From contig MU004197.1 in assembly GCA_010093605.1 (NCBI GenBank), forward strand, positions 930,001 through 994,000: a stretch of 64,000 nucleotides of DNA, in the 5' to 3' direction. The DNA is from Lophium mytilinum (Eukaryota). This document shows, in pieces, positions 12,559-27,400 of this stretch (its first letter is position 1; the number at the start of each line of letters is the position of its first letter). Position numbers and translations under genes: made by a program. Under the pieces are notes generated by a model, which was not told the DNA's origin, made no database searches, and saw only the letters and a list, made by a program, of their open reading frames with translations.

Positions 12559-14180
12559 CTCCTACTCATCAAGGACCCTTGGACCCTTAGCCGTTTGACT
12601 ACCTAAGCGACGGCATATTCGGCTTCGACATGACTTCGCCTTATTGTAGTGAAGCGAAAGCGAAGCAAGCGAGATAAGTTGTATTTATTGGGATTATCTG
12701 TCACGTCTATCAAGTCCCGCATCTTGTCCTCCCAGGGTATGCAAGATACCGACTTGAGCCCATACAGTCACCCTCATTCAACAATCTCAGTCAAAGCGAA
12801 GTAAGACAATTACAAGAGTTTATTCTAGAGGTACAGTAAGATAGATTGAGACTGAGTTCCCAACGTCCGATGATGCGGACACATCCGTATGGCTCATAGT
12901 ACCCGTGCGAACTGCGTTACAATAAAGGTCTTATATACCTGCATCCTGCAAAGCCATCACAACCTTAATCCAAATATACGTAGCATCCAGCTGCCCAACC
13001 CAGCAACGGTCTCACATGCGGCACCCTCTCACAACCCATAGTCACTAGTAGCACATTGCAACAACCGACTGACGCGTACTTTCACGTCTTAAACGTTGAT
13101 AGTCACCTCATACTGCGATATCAAGGACGGCTGACCCCGGGAAACAGAATACGAAAGCGATTTCCGGACCAGCTATAGAAAAGGACCAGGTTAGAAGCTC
13201 TTGAAGGCTTTCTAAGCCTGTCTATCAGCTAACCACCTACAAAATCTACCGGGAAAGACCGTCGTACCTTAGCTTACCTTAGCTACACCAATATACCAAA
13301 ACGATGCAGCTTTATCTGCAACCTCTACCAACTACCAAGCTTCGGAATTCCTGTGTCCTTGGTGCATGTATTTCCCGAGTCACCTGCACCAACCAGCACT
13401 AACGTTGGTAATGCGCTCCTCTACCGTTGAATTCGTACATACAGGCGCTAAAGTACGACATCTCTTCCACGCAGCGCCAGGACCCAAGGTTGGGCAAATC
13501 GTGTTTTGGTATTCTCCCGGATTCAGTCGCATAACAACGCGCTAACACACCACAAACATCAGCTGTATAGGCAGGCCGGCCGTAAGCGCGTCAACCCTCT
13601 CCAATTCAAACCCTTTCCAAGCCTCCGCAAACTAATCAGAAGCTTCATAATCTATCTGAAGCGCCTCAAACGGTGTTTGAGTAAATGTGTCTACATGTGT
13701 GGCGAGGCGGCACTATAGCTTACCTACGTGACTGCATTGCCACTCAGACAATAAATGCACATTTGTTAAGCTGATCCTGCTCAAACAGACTAGTGCACTG
13801 GGACAAACCTAGGCGCCCAGTGGGGACTACGCTTACCGTCATATCCCCGAGAGTACCCCGCAACCCCATGGGCCGCCTCGTTCATCTTCTTGTCTCGATT
13901 TTCTTTGATACAGCTCATGATGAGTCAGCGCTAAGTCCTCCAGCGTACCGGCGTACTCCTCTGATTAGGCAAGCAGTAATGCTAGTAAGGCCTGCGACGG
14001 CATGCCACCTACGGCGTAGGTATAGATACAGAGGTGCATATAAGTAGGAGGGTGCTTACCTGCAATAGAGTATCTCAGCCTTTCGCTTTTCAGATTCTGA
14101 CGAGCATATATATATATATACATATATTCTTGAGACCTTTTCTTTGCCTGATTAGGACGTCACGGACTTAACGATCGATA

Positions 14181-15525
14181 ATGGACACCACCCTCCAGAG
14201 CGTCACCCAAGCCCTGAGCGGCTTCTCTGTCCAGAATGCTACGGAAGCGTCTCGCAAATCGCTTTTAGAAGCCGCGCGTTCTCTTGTCGCGGAACTCGAG
14301 ACACCTGGAGAGAAGCTGGCGCGGTTGGGTTGGTTTGAGGTAGATATTCCTATATTCCCGTCATTACGTAACTTCGAGAAAGCTAACGAGGAGTAGATCC
14401 ATCGCCCTACGGCACTCAAAGTTGGGTTGGATCTTGGTTTGTTCAACAAGATGGCGGAAGATAATGCGTCGCCGAAGTCTGTGGACCAGCTAGCGAAAAT
14501 GACGGGTGCAGAAGCACGGCTTTTAGGTTAGTGGAAAGACTAGGTCTCCGCTGGGTGGATAGCTGACAATGCGCTACAGGGAGACTTCTCCGCGTCATGG
14601 CTGCGGATCGCATGGTCGAAGAGACGGGACCTAGCCAGTACAAGCTCAACGGGTTCTCGACGTTGCTAACGCAGGAGATTTACCAAGGCCTCCTGCTTGA
14701 CTGGTCAGCAGCCTTGCCCCAAGTGAAGAATGAGGTTATCGTACTGACTCGAAGTGTAGTCTGGAAACCAACCTCTTGCCAACCGCATTACTACCAGACT
14801 ATCTCAAAAAGACCGGATACAAAAACCCGATCAACAAGGACGAGACTGCCTGGAAGGTTGCGATGAACACACCTCTGCCGTTCTTCGAGTATATCGCCCA
14901 GCCAGGCGAAGGACGTCGCTTGCGGAACTTTAACAATCATATGACGGCAAAGAACGAGATTTATACCCAGCGCTGGTTCGAAGTGGTCCCTGTGCATGAA
15001 GCCTTACGCCCATCGCTAGGGCCAGACGCACCTCTAATCATCGACGTCGGCGGGAGCGTCGGGCACGACCTCATCGCTCTTCACGAGGCGCACCCGGAGC
15101 TGAAAGGAAAGCTGTTGTTGCAAGACCTACCTGGCCCGATTGCTCAAGCAAACCTACCCGCAGGGATCGAGAAAGTGGAGTACGACTTCTTCACGCCGCA
15201 GCCCGTGAAAGAGGCGTCTGCCTACTACTTCCACCAGGTGCTCCACGACTGGCCGGATGACAAGTGCCGCGAGATTTTGAAGAACCAGATTCCGGCGATG
15301 AAGAGGGGGCATAGCAAGATTCTCATCGATGATATTGTCATTCCGGATCGAGGCGCAGGCTGGCTGGAGACGGGGATTGATATGATTATGCTGTCGACTC
15401 ATAGTGCACAAGAGCGGACGCAGGCGGATTGGAGGGAGCTGCTCGAGAGCGTGGGGTTGAAGATGACGCAGCTCTGGGATTGCAAGGGATACCCTTTCAA
15501 GTTGATTGAGGCGGAGCTTGCGTAA
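14181..15525 (+). CDS. SAM-dependent O-methyltransferase (Methyltransf_2, fungal secondary-metabolism type)
   Basis: IIDVGGSVGHDL, LLLQDLP, YDFFTPQPVKEASAYYFHQVLHDWPD and AQERT motifs. Three introns in the 5' half. Confidence 0.92.
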
Positions 15526-15673
15526 GTCTCTTGTGGAGAGTAACGTTCAAGATTATGACTTGAATCATACAAGGGCTATCCTGTGGGGCATGTTGTCAGA
15601 TTTTTGAGCTGCAAGAGGAAAGACGGAATCCAGGGAAGATCGGGGCCTAAGATGGCGACTTTGTGAGTCCAAA

Positions 15674-15922
15674 GGGCACAGGAGAGCTGTCACCCCCCCC
15701 CCCAGATTACTAGGAGAAATGTTCAACACGCTCCAAAGCATGGATTTAAGTTAAGAGATATCAAAACAAGGTCCGTTTATTTAGCTCTGCGTACTTGGAT
15801 GCATGGACTCCCTCTTACTGCCGAGTTCTTAATACTAGAAGTCTCGTCGCGACCCTATTTTAAAGGATCTGATTGGTTGATGGGCCCGTGGAGGATTTGG
15901 GGGTGACAGTTCTCCCGTCCAC
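15674..15922. mobile_element. Possible MITE of about 250 bp
   Basis: Imperfect inverted repeats GGAGAGCTGTCACCCC (15681) and GGGGGTGACAGTTCTCC (ends 15915) enclose a non-coding, fairly AT-rich core. No clear TSD. Confidence 0.45.
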
Positions 15923-16199
15923 CCCTGTGAAGGTATTCTTTCAGATGGGTTGATCTGCAATTGACATGGAAACAGCTAGTACACGTTCCGAATGAAGTAG
16001 AATAAAGAGAAAGGTATACGACCGTCAACGTCCTCCTCCATCCAGACTAGAACGCATAGTTTCAGCTCACATGTTCTTCGGCCTCACCGCTCTAAGCCTC
16101 CTCGTGAGTAGGGTGAGATGTATGTTGTATCAAGACACGAGATCATCGACACCGATACCCTCTATCCCCACATTCCAGAGTCATGCAACCAACCCATTA

Positions 16200-16490
16200 G
16201 CATGACTCGAACGCTCAAGCCAACTTGAAACATAAGTGCCACACAACTGACTAACAGAAAGTCCGCAGCCGGAGAACGTTGCCACGGTGCGTCAATGCTA
16301 CTTCCTAGCTGCCTATTTGGGTTGCACGTGCGACATCCTAGTCTGCCACGCTTCTTCTGCATTTCCTGTATTCATCTGCACTACCCCTGCATGAGGTATC
16401 CGTGAGTAAGTTTTTGGCCACGCAGGCGGCTCCTCATCGGTGTTTGGACAGACTCGTCAGACCAGAGTAGGAAGGTTTCAACCTGCGGCG
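16200..16490 (-). pseudogene. Possible relic of a Zn(II)2Cys6 transcription factor
   Basis: KKRGRLGCRTC from 16362 and a DEEPPA-like segment near 16430 resemble Zn-cluster pieces. There is no intact continuation. Confidence 0.25.
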
Positions 16491-19400
16491 AAGGAGCCCA
16501 AAAGCCCTGGTCTGGGGTAGGTACTGGGGAGGGCAGTTAGCCTCCGCACACCACATGGCTACCGACCGTTGCGTGGGATGACAGCGAGCTTCCTGAGTCG
16601 GACCCGACATCTGGGTTCATTAGTAGTGGCGCGGAAGGATTCGCTGCTGTGTCAATCTCTCTCAATTGTGTCTCAGGCTGACAGCGGGCGGAGACATCAC
16701 CGTCGGCCGGAGATTCGAAACGTCGGTCTGAACACAAGGCCGATCGTATGGACACCGTTCTTCGTTTAGATGATGGTTGCTAACTGTTGCTCGCAGTAGT
16801 CTTGTCTACACGTAATTCGGATTTGCAGATCGACTTATCGTCGGGGGCTACCGAGTGAGTGTAGTCCTTTATTCTACCCCTGTGAAGCCTGACTAGAACC
16901 GCAGGCGGGTATCGGTGAAGCGGTTCTGCAACAATGTGGTCAACTAGCGGAGATGTTTGGGACGGGCGTTTCCGCTACCGTCTAAAAAGCGGGTAGTATG
17001 CGTGGAGGTAGCATGTCGTCGACGCTCGGGGCACCAGACGAAGAGGAACGTAGTCCGTGCTGCCATGCTATCCATGCGGGCTGCATTAGGCAGGTGAGAT
17101 AAATCCACATGGCTGAGAAGCGGCTCCAAGGCTTGGTTCACGGGCTGGTCGTAGTTTGAGGTTGCAGGATTGCGTATGCTATGGCGTAGGAGGATTCTGG
17201 TCTGCGCGCTCCTTGAGCGGCGGCATGCAGGTTGCTTCGAGATGGATACGGCCGTCTCTTTCTTTACAGCATCCAACCTGGAGGCGGTGTCATGTCACGC
17301 CTCCACTCTGCATCTATCCGCCTGTCCAAGCGCTGGAGGAGTCGTCAATACGAGATGTGGAATCATTTCGTTGGCTTGAGAGCGTCGCAGCGCGGACCGC
17401 CTCGACAGTGATGATGTTCCTTGCCCGGTCCCGTAGGATTCAAGCTTCCATCTCTGTTGCGACCGCCGATTAGGGTAGAAGGGAGAGCAGATCCGCCTCC
17501 GTGATCCAGATCCAGTCTTGGAGTCGTACGTACTCGCAACGCAATTCGGGTCTTCTTGGAGTGGTGGATAGGCGCATCGCTCGGTCATAGCATGGCGCGA
17601 TCCGCCTCACATCTCCAATCCCAGGCGCGATCTACAAGATGGTGTCGCGATAAGCATCACACAACCCTGGCGTGGGCTCCACTCGGCCCGCTGTCTCTCC
17701 AAGAGCCGAAGAACATCATCGCCAGCTGTTGCAACCATCCCAGCTGTCCTTTCGCCCTCTACCAATACCCCAACAGCATTTATCGAGATAGCCAACAAGC
17801 AGAGCCGAGCGATGCTCCATCATGCCACTCGAAGCGAAAATCCGAATCTTCAATCAGGGTTTTCCAGCGCCCACTCATCCCCAACCTCGCCATTACCGCA
17901 TCAGCCCTCCTGCATGGCTCCGCTGAGGCTGGCTGGAGCCACTGGAGATCCGGGGACGCGATCTGCAAAATCCCCTTCCCATCTGCAACCCACCCCACAC
18001 CCCTACGCAGAGATTTCGTCCACGGCAAGGCTAGCTAGCAGCAAAAGCCAATCTGCGAATCGATGAACTCGATTTGCGCGCGGCCTCCCCAAGCGAAAAA
18101 AACTGCTTCATGTCCGGTCGTCCATATGCGGAGGTGTCCACACGAGGTGAAAGTTGCGTTGCAGGCACACACGCCCGCATCCAGCATCCCCACGCGCCCT
18201 CCATCCAATGCAGCTCGCCCTGGAAGAAAGCAGAGTTTTTCGCGCCGTCTCCGCTCCAATAGGGCTCACGGCTCCCCCAATTACCTGCAGGACGACACCC
18301 GCGTCCTGCTCTTTCCCCTCTCTCGTGAAACCTGCACCCTTCAAGCCCCGTTCGGAATTCTCCTCGCCGTATGCGATCCTCCACACACCCTGCACGTGAA
18401 GCACGTGCATCGCAGCGCCTTGCATCCGGCCTCTGACCACCACTCGCTCGTCCGCCAATGCCGCGACTATTGCCAGCTACATATTATTCCCAGCGCCGGC
18501 GCCGCATCCCCAGGCCAGCGAACGGCGCCCGACGCGAGGCGATGGCGGGCGTCTTCCGTAGCTCGTTCGCACTACAATCTCCGTACCGTATGCCCAGATA
18601 CGTACACACACACACGTACACACCATCTTATCGAGCCCATACTCAGCAATTCCACGGCTGCGCCCTCGCATCCTCAAACTCGGCTATCGTATGGGTAGAG
18701 ACGGTGTAAGCAACGCTGCCCGCCCCTACGCGTCCAACCGTGCGCGTGCAGCGTCACACACCTCACACGCGAGAGGAGGAGTATGATGTATGGATTGGGT
18801 GTACGGTGAGTGGAGCTTTTCTCCGCTCAGGATAAGCGCGATGCGGGTCGCTTGGCTGACGAGTTCCCCACCCACCGCAGCGGGGCGGGGCATATGCAGT
18901 TGTGATTGGACGCCGCAAACCTGATTTGGTGATAGGCTGGGCCTGCGCGTAATGCGATCTGTCACACCTGCACCTAAACAACCCATCCCAGCTTTTAGAG
19001 GGGGTGCTGCAAGAAAGGAGGGGGGCGTGATAGAGGCGTGCAGCAAACCGTTGCGAAACAAGATCGATGGGCCGAGGGATGGGGGAGATCTGGGGTGGAG
19101 ATTGCTGCGCGTAGAAGGAAGAGGTTGTGGTGGATGTGTCTCAGATAGATAGGAGATAGCTGTGCGGAGTGGTAATATACTCGTCTCATATCGGGGAACT
19201 GTCCAGTTTGGGGTAAGTGTGCTGGCGTAGTCGACGGAAACCTAGAGTGTGATGATGTATGTAGAAGCGGCCTTGTTTGGTAGGTAAAATAGCCATATGA
19301 TGCAACTGATAGAACTAGTATGTAAAATATGTATGAACAATAACACCGGCGGCGAAAAGAATGCTTGTTCTCACGCCAGCCAGTAGTGGGGTATCCGCAA

Positions 19401-19827
19401 GTTACCAAAAAACCGACTTTCCTCGTCCCGTCCATCCCAGATATGGCTTTGATAGCGTGCATAATAGTAATGAAAAGAATAACAACCTAACCCCGAGCCT
19501 GATGGAACTAGTATGAGCTGTCTCGCGGGGTCGAGGATCGACTGGAAATATTAGGAGCAGCGAGCATTTGCAAATCAACGTCGCGATGTTGTCCGCAACT
19601 ATCCAGTCCAATACCTCTAATCTCCTCCCACGAATCGCGGTCCAAGAGGCTCATGACAGTAGTTCCTGTGCAAGCGAAATGCTAAAGTGATCCTGCCGAG
19701 CTATCCTCTCGATAATGCGAAGGCCTTTGAGAGGCATGCCTGGCGCCTGTAATTCCCGTACATTGTCGTTATCGTCTCACATGTGGTCGTATGATGTCGT
19801 AGTCATAAAATGTGTTTGTTGCTTGAT

Positions 19828-21465
19828 TTAGTACATCTTTCGTTCCGGAAAGACCATGTCGCCGTATCCCGTAGCTTGGCTGTAGTTAACAGCGTCGACG
19901 GGACCGCTGAAGTCGTAGCTGTGGTGGCTATGTTTGTGCTCTTGCTCGGCCTCAGAGGATAGTGATGAGGAACGGCTGCTCCGGTCGCTTGCTGGGTGTG
20001 GGTGGGCATAGCTGTGGTGAATTCGGTGTGATGCTGAGGACGATGCCGTGGCCAAGGAAGAGTAAGAGGAAGATGAGGAAACAGCAGAAGACGGAGCAGC
20101 GGATATTCTCCTGTCTTTGCCACGTCCTTTAATGCCCTTGTTGGAGTTCTTGTACAGGGCAGCAAAATACTCCCAGAGGTCCTTGTCTTGGGCTGTCACA
20201 GGATCTCCCTCTCTGATGGATGCAAATTTCGATGTCAAATAACGCAGAGTCGATGTATGGAACTTGTTCTGGTGTGACTGTAGTTGCGATCAGTACTGAG
20301 TCATGTCCGTCGGTCCGACTACTGGCACGACATACCTTGAGGTTACCGAGCTGGGTGAACTGCTTGCCGCAATCGTCGAGCCTGCACGTGAATGGCTTGA
20401 TCTGTTGGTGCACAATCTTGTGTGCTCGAACATTGCCACGCTGTGCGAATGTCTTACCACAGATGTCGCACTGGTATGGTCGCTCCCCGGTGTGCCTTCG
20501 TTCATGAGTCTGCAAACTGTTAAACAAGAGCTTTCATACGTTATAGCGTGTACTAACCTTGAGGTTTCCAAGCTGAGAAAATCGTTGGCCACAGGATGGT
20601 TCTTTGCAAAGCTAACAACTTGTTAGCAACGCATTACGGACATCGAGGTGACCGCACTCACGAATGGTTTGACTCCAGTGTGAGCACGAGTGTGGATCTC
20701 AAGATGAGTCTTCTGATAGAAGCTTTTGTGGCAGTCAGGCATGCTGCATTGGTATCTCTTCTTCGACTTCTGACTGGACTTGGCCTTGTCGCTGTCACTG
20801 CTGGACTTTGCAGGTGCGTGAGCAACAGGCGCTGTGTATGTAACGAGTGGCTGCTTGTGGGGCAGTACCTTACTGGGCTGCTGCTGTCGTTTTGCCTGGT
20901 TTGACTTAGCCTGGATGGCCTTCATCAATGTGTCCACATCGGTTGCAAAGTTGATGGCACTGTCAGACTCGGAGCTCGTGTTCTTGCTGTCGTCGGCGTA
21001 GCTGGCGTCGTTGTATATCTGGCTTGGCTGGATAGGGGAGGCTGCTTCGGTCTTAACGGGTGGGGTTCTCTCCATCATGGAATAGTCGTTGCGGACATCT
21101 CTCGTGGTTGGTAGGCCGTTTGAAAGCTCGTTGGGACCCGAGTATGCCACGGAGTGGGCCAATGTCGGAGGATAATTCATGTTGAAGTTTTGTTGCATGT
21201 TGTATGGGTTCACTGCGAGAGGATCAAACGCAAATGCTCCAGATTGGTACGGAACTGAGGTTGCAGGATGGCTTTGGAACATTGGCATGGCGAGATCGAG
21301 GTGTGTTGGCTGGAAAGCTCTCGAGACTGGGGGGTTTGATACTGTCCGCACAGAAGTGTCGTAAGAAGGAAGCATGCTCATGCTCATGTTGGGGACATGG
21401 ACACCTTGGTCTGTTCGTCGTTGTTGCCAGATTCCAGCGTGTTGGGAAGCAACAGCGGCGGCCAT
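19828..21465 (-). CDS. AZF1: C2H2 zinc-finger transcription factor Azf1, 4 fingers
   Basis: [13 protein letters not shown] motif. Fingers [69 protein letters not shown] and [25 protein letters not shown]-terminal [23 protein letters not shown]. Confidence 0.93.
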
Positions 21466-24400
21466 TGTAGAATGAGGGCGAAGTGTCTGTAGCAATGGAA
21501 ACACTGCGGCTAGATGCTAGCTGACAGAGTGCAGCAGCAGAGGGAGGGATGCGGCAATAGAAGAGGCGCAAGGGCGGAGCCGGGAGACGGTAGGTGCGGA
21601 TATGCAGGAGCGGCGTAGTGTGGAGAAGACTAAGTAGATGATGGACACAGCAAATATGCAAGATGGCGTGGGAGCAAAATGGTCATGAGGGAGTGAGAAT
21701 CTGCAGCAGAGCTTGTCTGGGCCCGGGGGCGTGGTTGGAGAGATAGCATACATATAGATGAGCAAGCGATACAGTACAGTCTGTGTGGGAGAGACGTGGG
21801 GAGGGTAGTCCTCGAGCTAGGGCAGCAGCGGTGCACGGGGATCGAGGCCCTTTCGCGCTGCGTCAGGGCGCGCTCGGACATGCAGCAGGTGCAGAAGGCT
21901 GCGCAAGGCGCTCGGCATGCTGTCGACGCTCTGGGAAAGGCACGGGGAGAGGACGGGGCTGCGGGTGCGCCTTCAGATCCTCGCCGTGGTCCATCATCGG
22001 GAGCGCTGGGCGGCGATATGCACTGGGGGCCCTTGCGCCAGTCTCGCTGAACGGGCCGGGAAGGTGGCTTGCGGCCTGCGCGGGCCTGTCCAGGGCGAGT
22101 CTCAGAGCAGCCGCCGTCTGTGGTCGCTGTGTGGGGGTGCAGAGCACGTCGCCAGCCGTGGCGCCCAACCACGCTGAGGGCGCAGAATCCGCATCGTAGC
22201 AGCCAGGATTTGGTCGCCGACGTCAAAGCCCGTCTGGCACACTCACTCGAACTTCTCATGAGTCTATTGTTGTGCGGCAGCGAGGAGTACCTCTTGGCGT
22301 TGTGAGAAATCGGGTAGACTTCGGTGACGAGCATCGAAATGCTTTGGAGGCGTACAACAGGCCTCCACCACGCACGCCCCGAGCGGCCGGGGAGCAGGGA
22401 GACGACCGCACTGACTAAGGCCAGCAACGCCGCCAGCACGAGGGAGAGAAAGGGAGAGGAGAGTAGAGGCTGCCACTCTCTTACCGCGCCTCCCTCGCCC
22501 GCCGTGGGATTGGGTCGTGACGATCTCCTCGGTGCGTCGAGGGGTGGAGGAATCCCGGCATCGCATCGCTGGCGGCTTGCCGTCCTCGCACAGCGGCCGC
22601 CAGGCCTTCATAGGTCGACGGGTGCATGCGATACAATGCGGAGGTGCACGTGGGCGAGTTGCGAGAAACGCGCCCACAGAGGGAGCAGTTGGGCGCTCGC
22701 TTGGGGCTCCAAGAGAGGAAGCCCACCGTTCGGGCTTCAGGCTTCATCCGCGGTTGGCGATGGTCGTGGTGTGGTGGTGCGTTCGTCCTTGGAGTTAGGT
22801 AATGGGGTGGATGAAGACGGCTTCCGGCGCGAGGCCCAAAGGGGACATGCCCGGTCTGGCGATGCACTCCGGCACGGATCGTGGCCAATTCATCCTCTCC
22901 ACAACGCCCAGCTCCCCGGGAACCCATCCAGGCGGCTCTCGCGGCCAAAACAAACTCTGCCTCTTGCCCTGCCACGATGCACACCGAAGTCGCTGAGATG
23001 CAAACACCCGCTCTCAACGTACCTGCAGCCCCCTCACACTGCCCTCGATGCCTCTGATGCCTCCTCACGATGCCCCTCCCTTGACTCCTGCGGCGCGGAC
23101 CGGGCGGACGCGTAGAGGCAGCGGGTCCAGGCCCACTCGCGGCCGCAAATGGGCGGCACGCTGGCAAGTGTCGTGGGCCGGAAGGGCTGCATCTGTGTCT
23201 CTTGCCTCTTGTCGTAGGTCGGAGGTGAGGTTGTGTGGACGACCTGCGCTTCTTGCGCAGGCATCATCCCACAGCACTGGTAAGGTTCCGGGGCGCGGCC
23301 TGGGGACGGCCAGGGCCGCGCTCTGACTGCTCTACTATCTGTGCAGCTTGAATAATGCGATTTAGTTGTGCGAATCTTGCTGCCACGGCCTATCAGCGCC
23401 GTCCCTCTCGCCCCAAGTGCGCTGCGGAGCCAGCCGAGTCCCGCGCACTCGGGACGTCACGAGAGACATACAGCTGCCGTGCCGCCAACCTCTCTGCGTG
23501 CCGGCGCCCTCGCCCGGCTTCTCCAGATGGTGCATGTCGTGAGAGAGACCAAACACCTTGGTTGCCAGTCCGATAGGCGCTGGGGAGCGGGCTCCCACCG
23601 CCATCGAGCACCCTGTTTGTGGCCTCCCTGGCGCCTCGGACGCCTGTCACTTCCGCCTCTATCAGCCCCCTCTTTTGGCACAGTGGCCTCGCACCCCGGC
23701 TGATTGCTGTCCCCACTGCCGCTTCAGCTAGAGATTGTGGTCTTGCATGCCTCTGTCTAGGTCGCTTTGCCCTGCCGCCACCGTCATGGCGACGTTGACC
23801 CATTGCAGCGGAGTGGTAGCGCCTCTAGATCCACGGGGCTTCGCTCCCATCTTGCTTGCCTCATCCGCGAGCTCGGAGTCGGCCGGACATCCCGATGCCA
23901 AGTATAGCATCCAGTTTCCTAGCTTCTCATCTCTCTCCCGGCCGTACAACTCGTCGGGGCTCTAGAAAGAAATCTCCTCGTGCGCCGTAATGAGCATTTA
24001 TTTTGCGTATCCTTACAAAGTCTGTCACTGTCTGGTCATATCCTTGTAGAGCGTCTATCAAGCAGTGGCCAGTGCCATCTCATTGACGCCTCACGCTGTA
24101 CCGGGGAGAGGTAGCTTCTCGAACGCGTTCCTTCCGGTCCCTGTTCCTAGAAAAACAAACACAGCGCGATCCTGCAGTGTCTTCGCGTAGATCGTGAAGA
24201 CATGGTTTCAACCCCTCGTACCCGTCTGCCCCGAAGGCAAGATCCATGACTCTCATCCAAGACGGGCAACATGATGGCTTGGAATGGAAATGGCTGCAGC
24301 AGACTCTGACTGCAGTCAGGCCTCGCCAAAGGGGGAATGGCCGTGCTATCAGGGCCATGGCCTTGTCACGGAGAGCCTTGCCGTTTTTCTAGATCTTGAC

Positions 24401-27400
24401 CTGAAAAACCCTTGCGTTCCGTGGGGCTGCAGTGCCGTTGCGACGATTTAAAGCTGAAGTCGTGATGTTAATCCAAGAGAAACCTGGCTTGCATCCCGTG
24501 TCTTGGATACGATGCTCCAGGGGCGTCTGGATCTCCGAGGCGATGCCTCACAATCATGAACGGTCGGATGGTCGTAGATCCTCGCCTCACGACTCCCTGC
24601 CAACCAGCGTGCGTGCCAGGGATGGAAGACGAGGCTTCCTCTGATGTTGAGTGGATCGGCGGCAAGATCTACTCCCAGTTGAGCGTCTCGATCATGCAAA
24701 AGGCCGCCGGGGATGCTGGGTAGATGTCCAGATTTGGGGACCTGCAGTAGACTGAGACGACGAGCAGGGAAGAATAGAAAAGGAGGCCATGGTGAAGGAG
24801 AGTCGAGGAGCGCTAGTGCCCAACCAAAACCGCCTTCTTTGGGAGAGCCTCCAGGCGATGAAGCCGCGAGTAGTGGACAGGCAGGTAACCTGCGGCTAAC
24901 GGGGATGCGAAGTGATGAGGGGAGGGTTGCAACGGGCTGACGGTTACGCTTAATCCCAGCGTATTCCATATCCTTGTCTTCGTCAGTTGTTACACGAGCC
25001 CCAGAGTTCTAAAATAGTGTTGCTAGGGCGACATCAGACGTGCTCTCACATTCATGCTGACCGTCAGGGTTGCTCTTTTGACCCCGTTGCGTTGCGTTTC
25101 GGGTTGTTGGTGGCTGGCAATTGGTGATGTGACGAAGGCAGCCAAGTACCGGGAGATCCACAAAGGTCCTAGCTCAAGTGACAGGTCGGGAATGCCTTGC
25201 AAAATCCAGCCAGCTGCAGACTCAACACCATTGTGCCATCACATCTCAACGCTCTGCTCGCGGTCCACTTCGTCTGATCAAACGCCTGCTTCTCCCACAC
25301 TTGCATATCCTGGCGCTATCTCCTCGCTAAGACGCTAATGCTCCCTCGCTCGCTCTCGTTAGGCAATTCCACCACATCCCACGCGCCCCCACGACTCGAG
25401 CGAGGCGGTTGAGGCGGAATAATGCTGCACGCCTCATTCACGACGTCAATCCCAAAAGAGGAATCCGAACCAGAGATACAGGGTCCTCGCAAGGATGTCC
25501 GGCCACACAATGATCCGCGATCTGCGGGCTACGCTTCCCCGACGCCTATTTCCCTTAGTCCTCCCCAGACTCGTAACTGATCTCCTTGTGCCGTCGGTAA
25601 GCCGCGGCGCCTCTTCCCAATTGAAGCCCATGCTCTTTGGGGCAGGGACCGCGAGACGTTGTGATTGCGTCTCCTAATTGACGTTATGCAACCCCAGAAG
25701 ATGCCTGCAACACCTGCTCCAATCAGACCCCAAACAGAAGTATCCGCTGCTCCTCATTAGTTCAGCCACCGTTTGAGCAACTGCATCGTGACAGATGCAA
25801 TACGTTGGTGGGAGAAAGGACAGTTGCTTTGGAAGCATCATCGACTCGGATTCCAAAGTGGACTTCTTCTCGTTTCCGCCAGGCGGTTCCCTGAAGGTCT
25901 CATCGCGAAAGTGCTCGAATTTTTAGCACGGCCCTCTCGCCATGATCCTTTTCAGGCTACCGTGCCGAAATTTGACTCCTATCCCATACAATCCCAAAAT
26001 TAACAGTATCTCACTTACATGAGCAATCCCATTTCTGCATCAATTTCTTTCAATCTTGTTAGATATGGGTGTCCAAATAAGTGGCTCCTCATGGAGAACC
26101 GAAGCCGAAGCTTGGTTCTCCCGTTGCTGATCATTCCTAGAGGCCTATATCGAATCACGAAGAGAACACCTATCAGCATTCAAAAACGACACATCGGAAC
26201 TAAATTGCAAATGAACCTGCAAGATACACGAGAACGCCAATCCATGTTGTCGGGAGACATTTCCAGCCGCAAAGCCAGATCAGCGAAACGTTTTCAAGCC
26301 ACAATCCCACGCCATATCACAGATATCAACACGACGTCACTGAAGCTTCGTGGCTTCATACCTGACCCGTTCACGAGTATCAGAAAGATGCCTAGTCATG
26401 TTTTGCGCCCTCCGTCTTATATTCGCAACAGCTGACGAATACACGGAATCAATTCGCTATCTCTACGACATCGCCCTAAGGATCTCATCGCCTTAGATAC
26501 AGCGCCCGAGAAAGTACGGCCAGTTTCTTTTCCACGGTGGCTTACTCTCATTGTCGGATGGGCCGTAGCTCTCTTTAATGGCGGCAGAGAGGCTGTCAGA
26601 TCGACGCAAGTCTCACAGGTCCGATATCGCAGACTCTACCACTCAAGCACTGGGCGAATTTTTTTGAGCTTGACAATGATCAGCCAACATGTTGTAGGAG
26701 TTGCCTTCTCCATCCTCTTATTTCCGAATCACCCTGGGGTCCTATAGGAGCTGAATAGAAACATCGCAACTACGCTGTAGATCAGCTTTGAGGATTATCA
26801 GCTTTCAAAATGCTCGCGGGGAAAACCAGTATTATAGACCGCTTGAGCGAGTGGCTCGTCAGTCCATAAATGCCAGCGAAGGCGAATAGCACACTCGTTG
26901 TCATCCCTCTGTCGCGCCATCTCTGCATCATACACACTGATTTCTTTAATGCATTCACATCGCCTCAATATCAACCGGCACCATGCAGCACAAGGATACT
27001 AGCAACCACTACCCTCACCGTACACATTCCCCTCCAACCATCGACATTCTAACGGGATATGGAAGTGGTGATGATGATTGCGACGACGACGCAACGAACA
27101 TCTTACCCACGCTCCTCGCTGCCTGTCGAACTACGTCACGCGATACCCGTCTCAACCAGACTTACATTCGAGAGCTCTGATTACTGAACGTGCCTTCCAG
27201 GCTCCTACGACCCAGTATCTCCACGGCGCTATGTCCTCTATACAAAACCTATACAGTCGAAACTTGAGAGCTTCAGCGAAAACCTAACGCTCCCCAGCAC
27301 GAAGAATGACTGCTATACACTATACTGTATAGGAAGTCATACCTATGCAGAAATATAACCGAAAATACTTTAATGGCCGGTATAAAGAAGAGGCTTATTA

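Noticed and set aside
17556..19600. Overlapping ORFs up to 211 aa downstream of AZF1
   Set aside because: No domain motifs or codon bias. Likely chance ORFs.
21500..26500. Many overlapping 60-270 aa ORFs upstream of AZF1
   Set aside because: GC-rich, Arg/Pro/Ala-biased translations on both strands with no recognisable domain. Best read as a long regulatory region.
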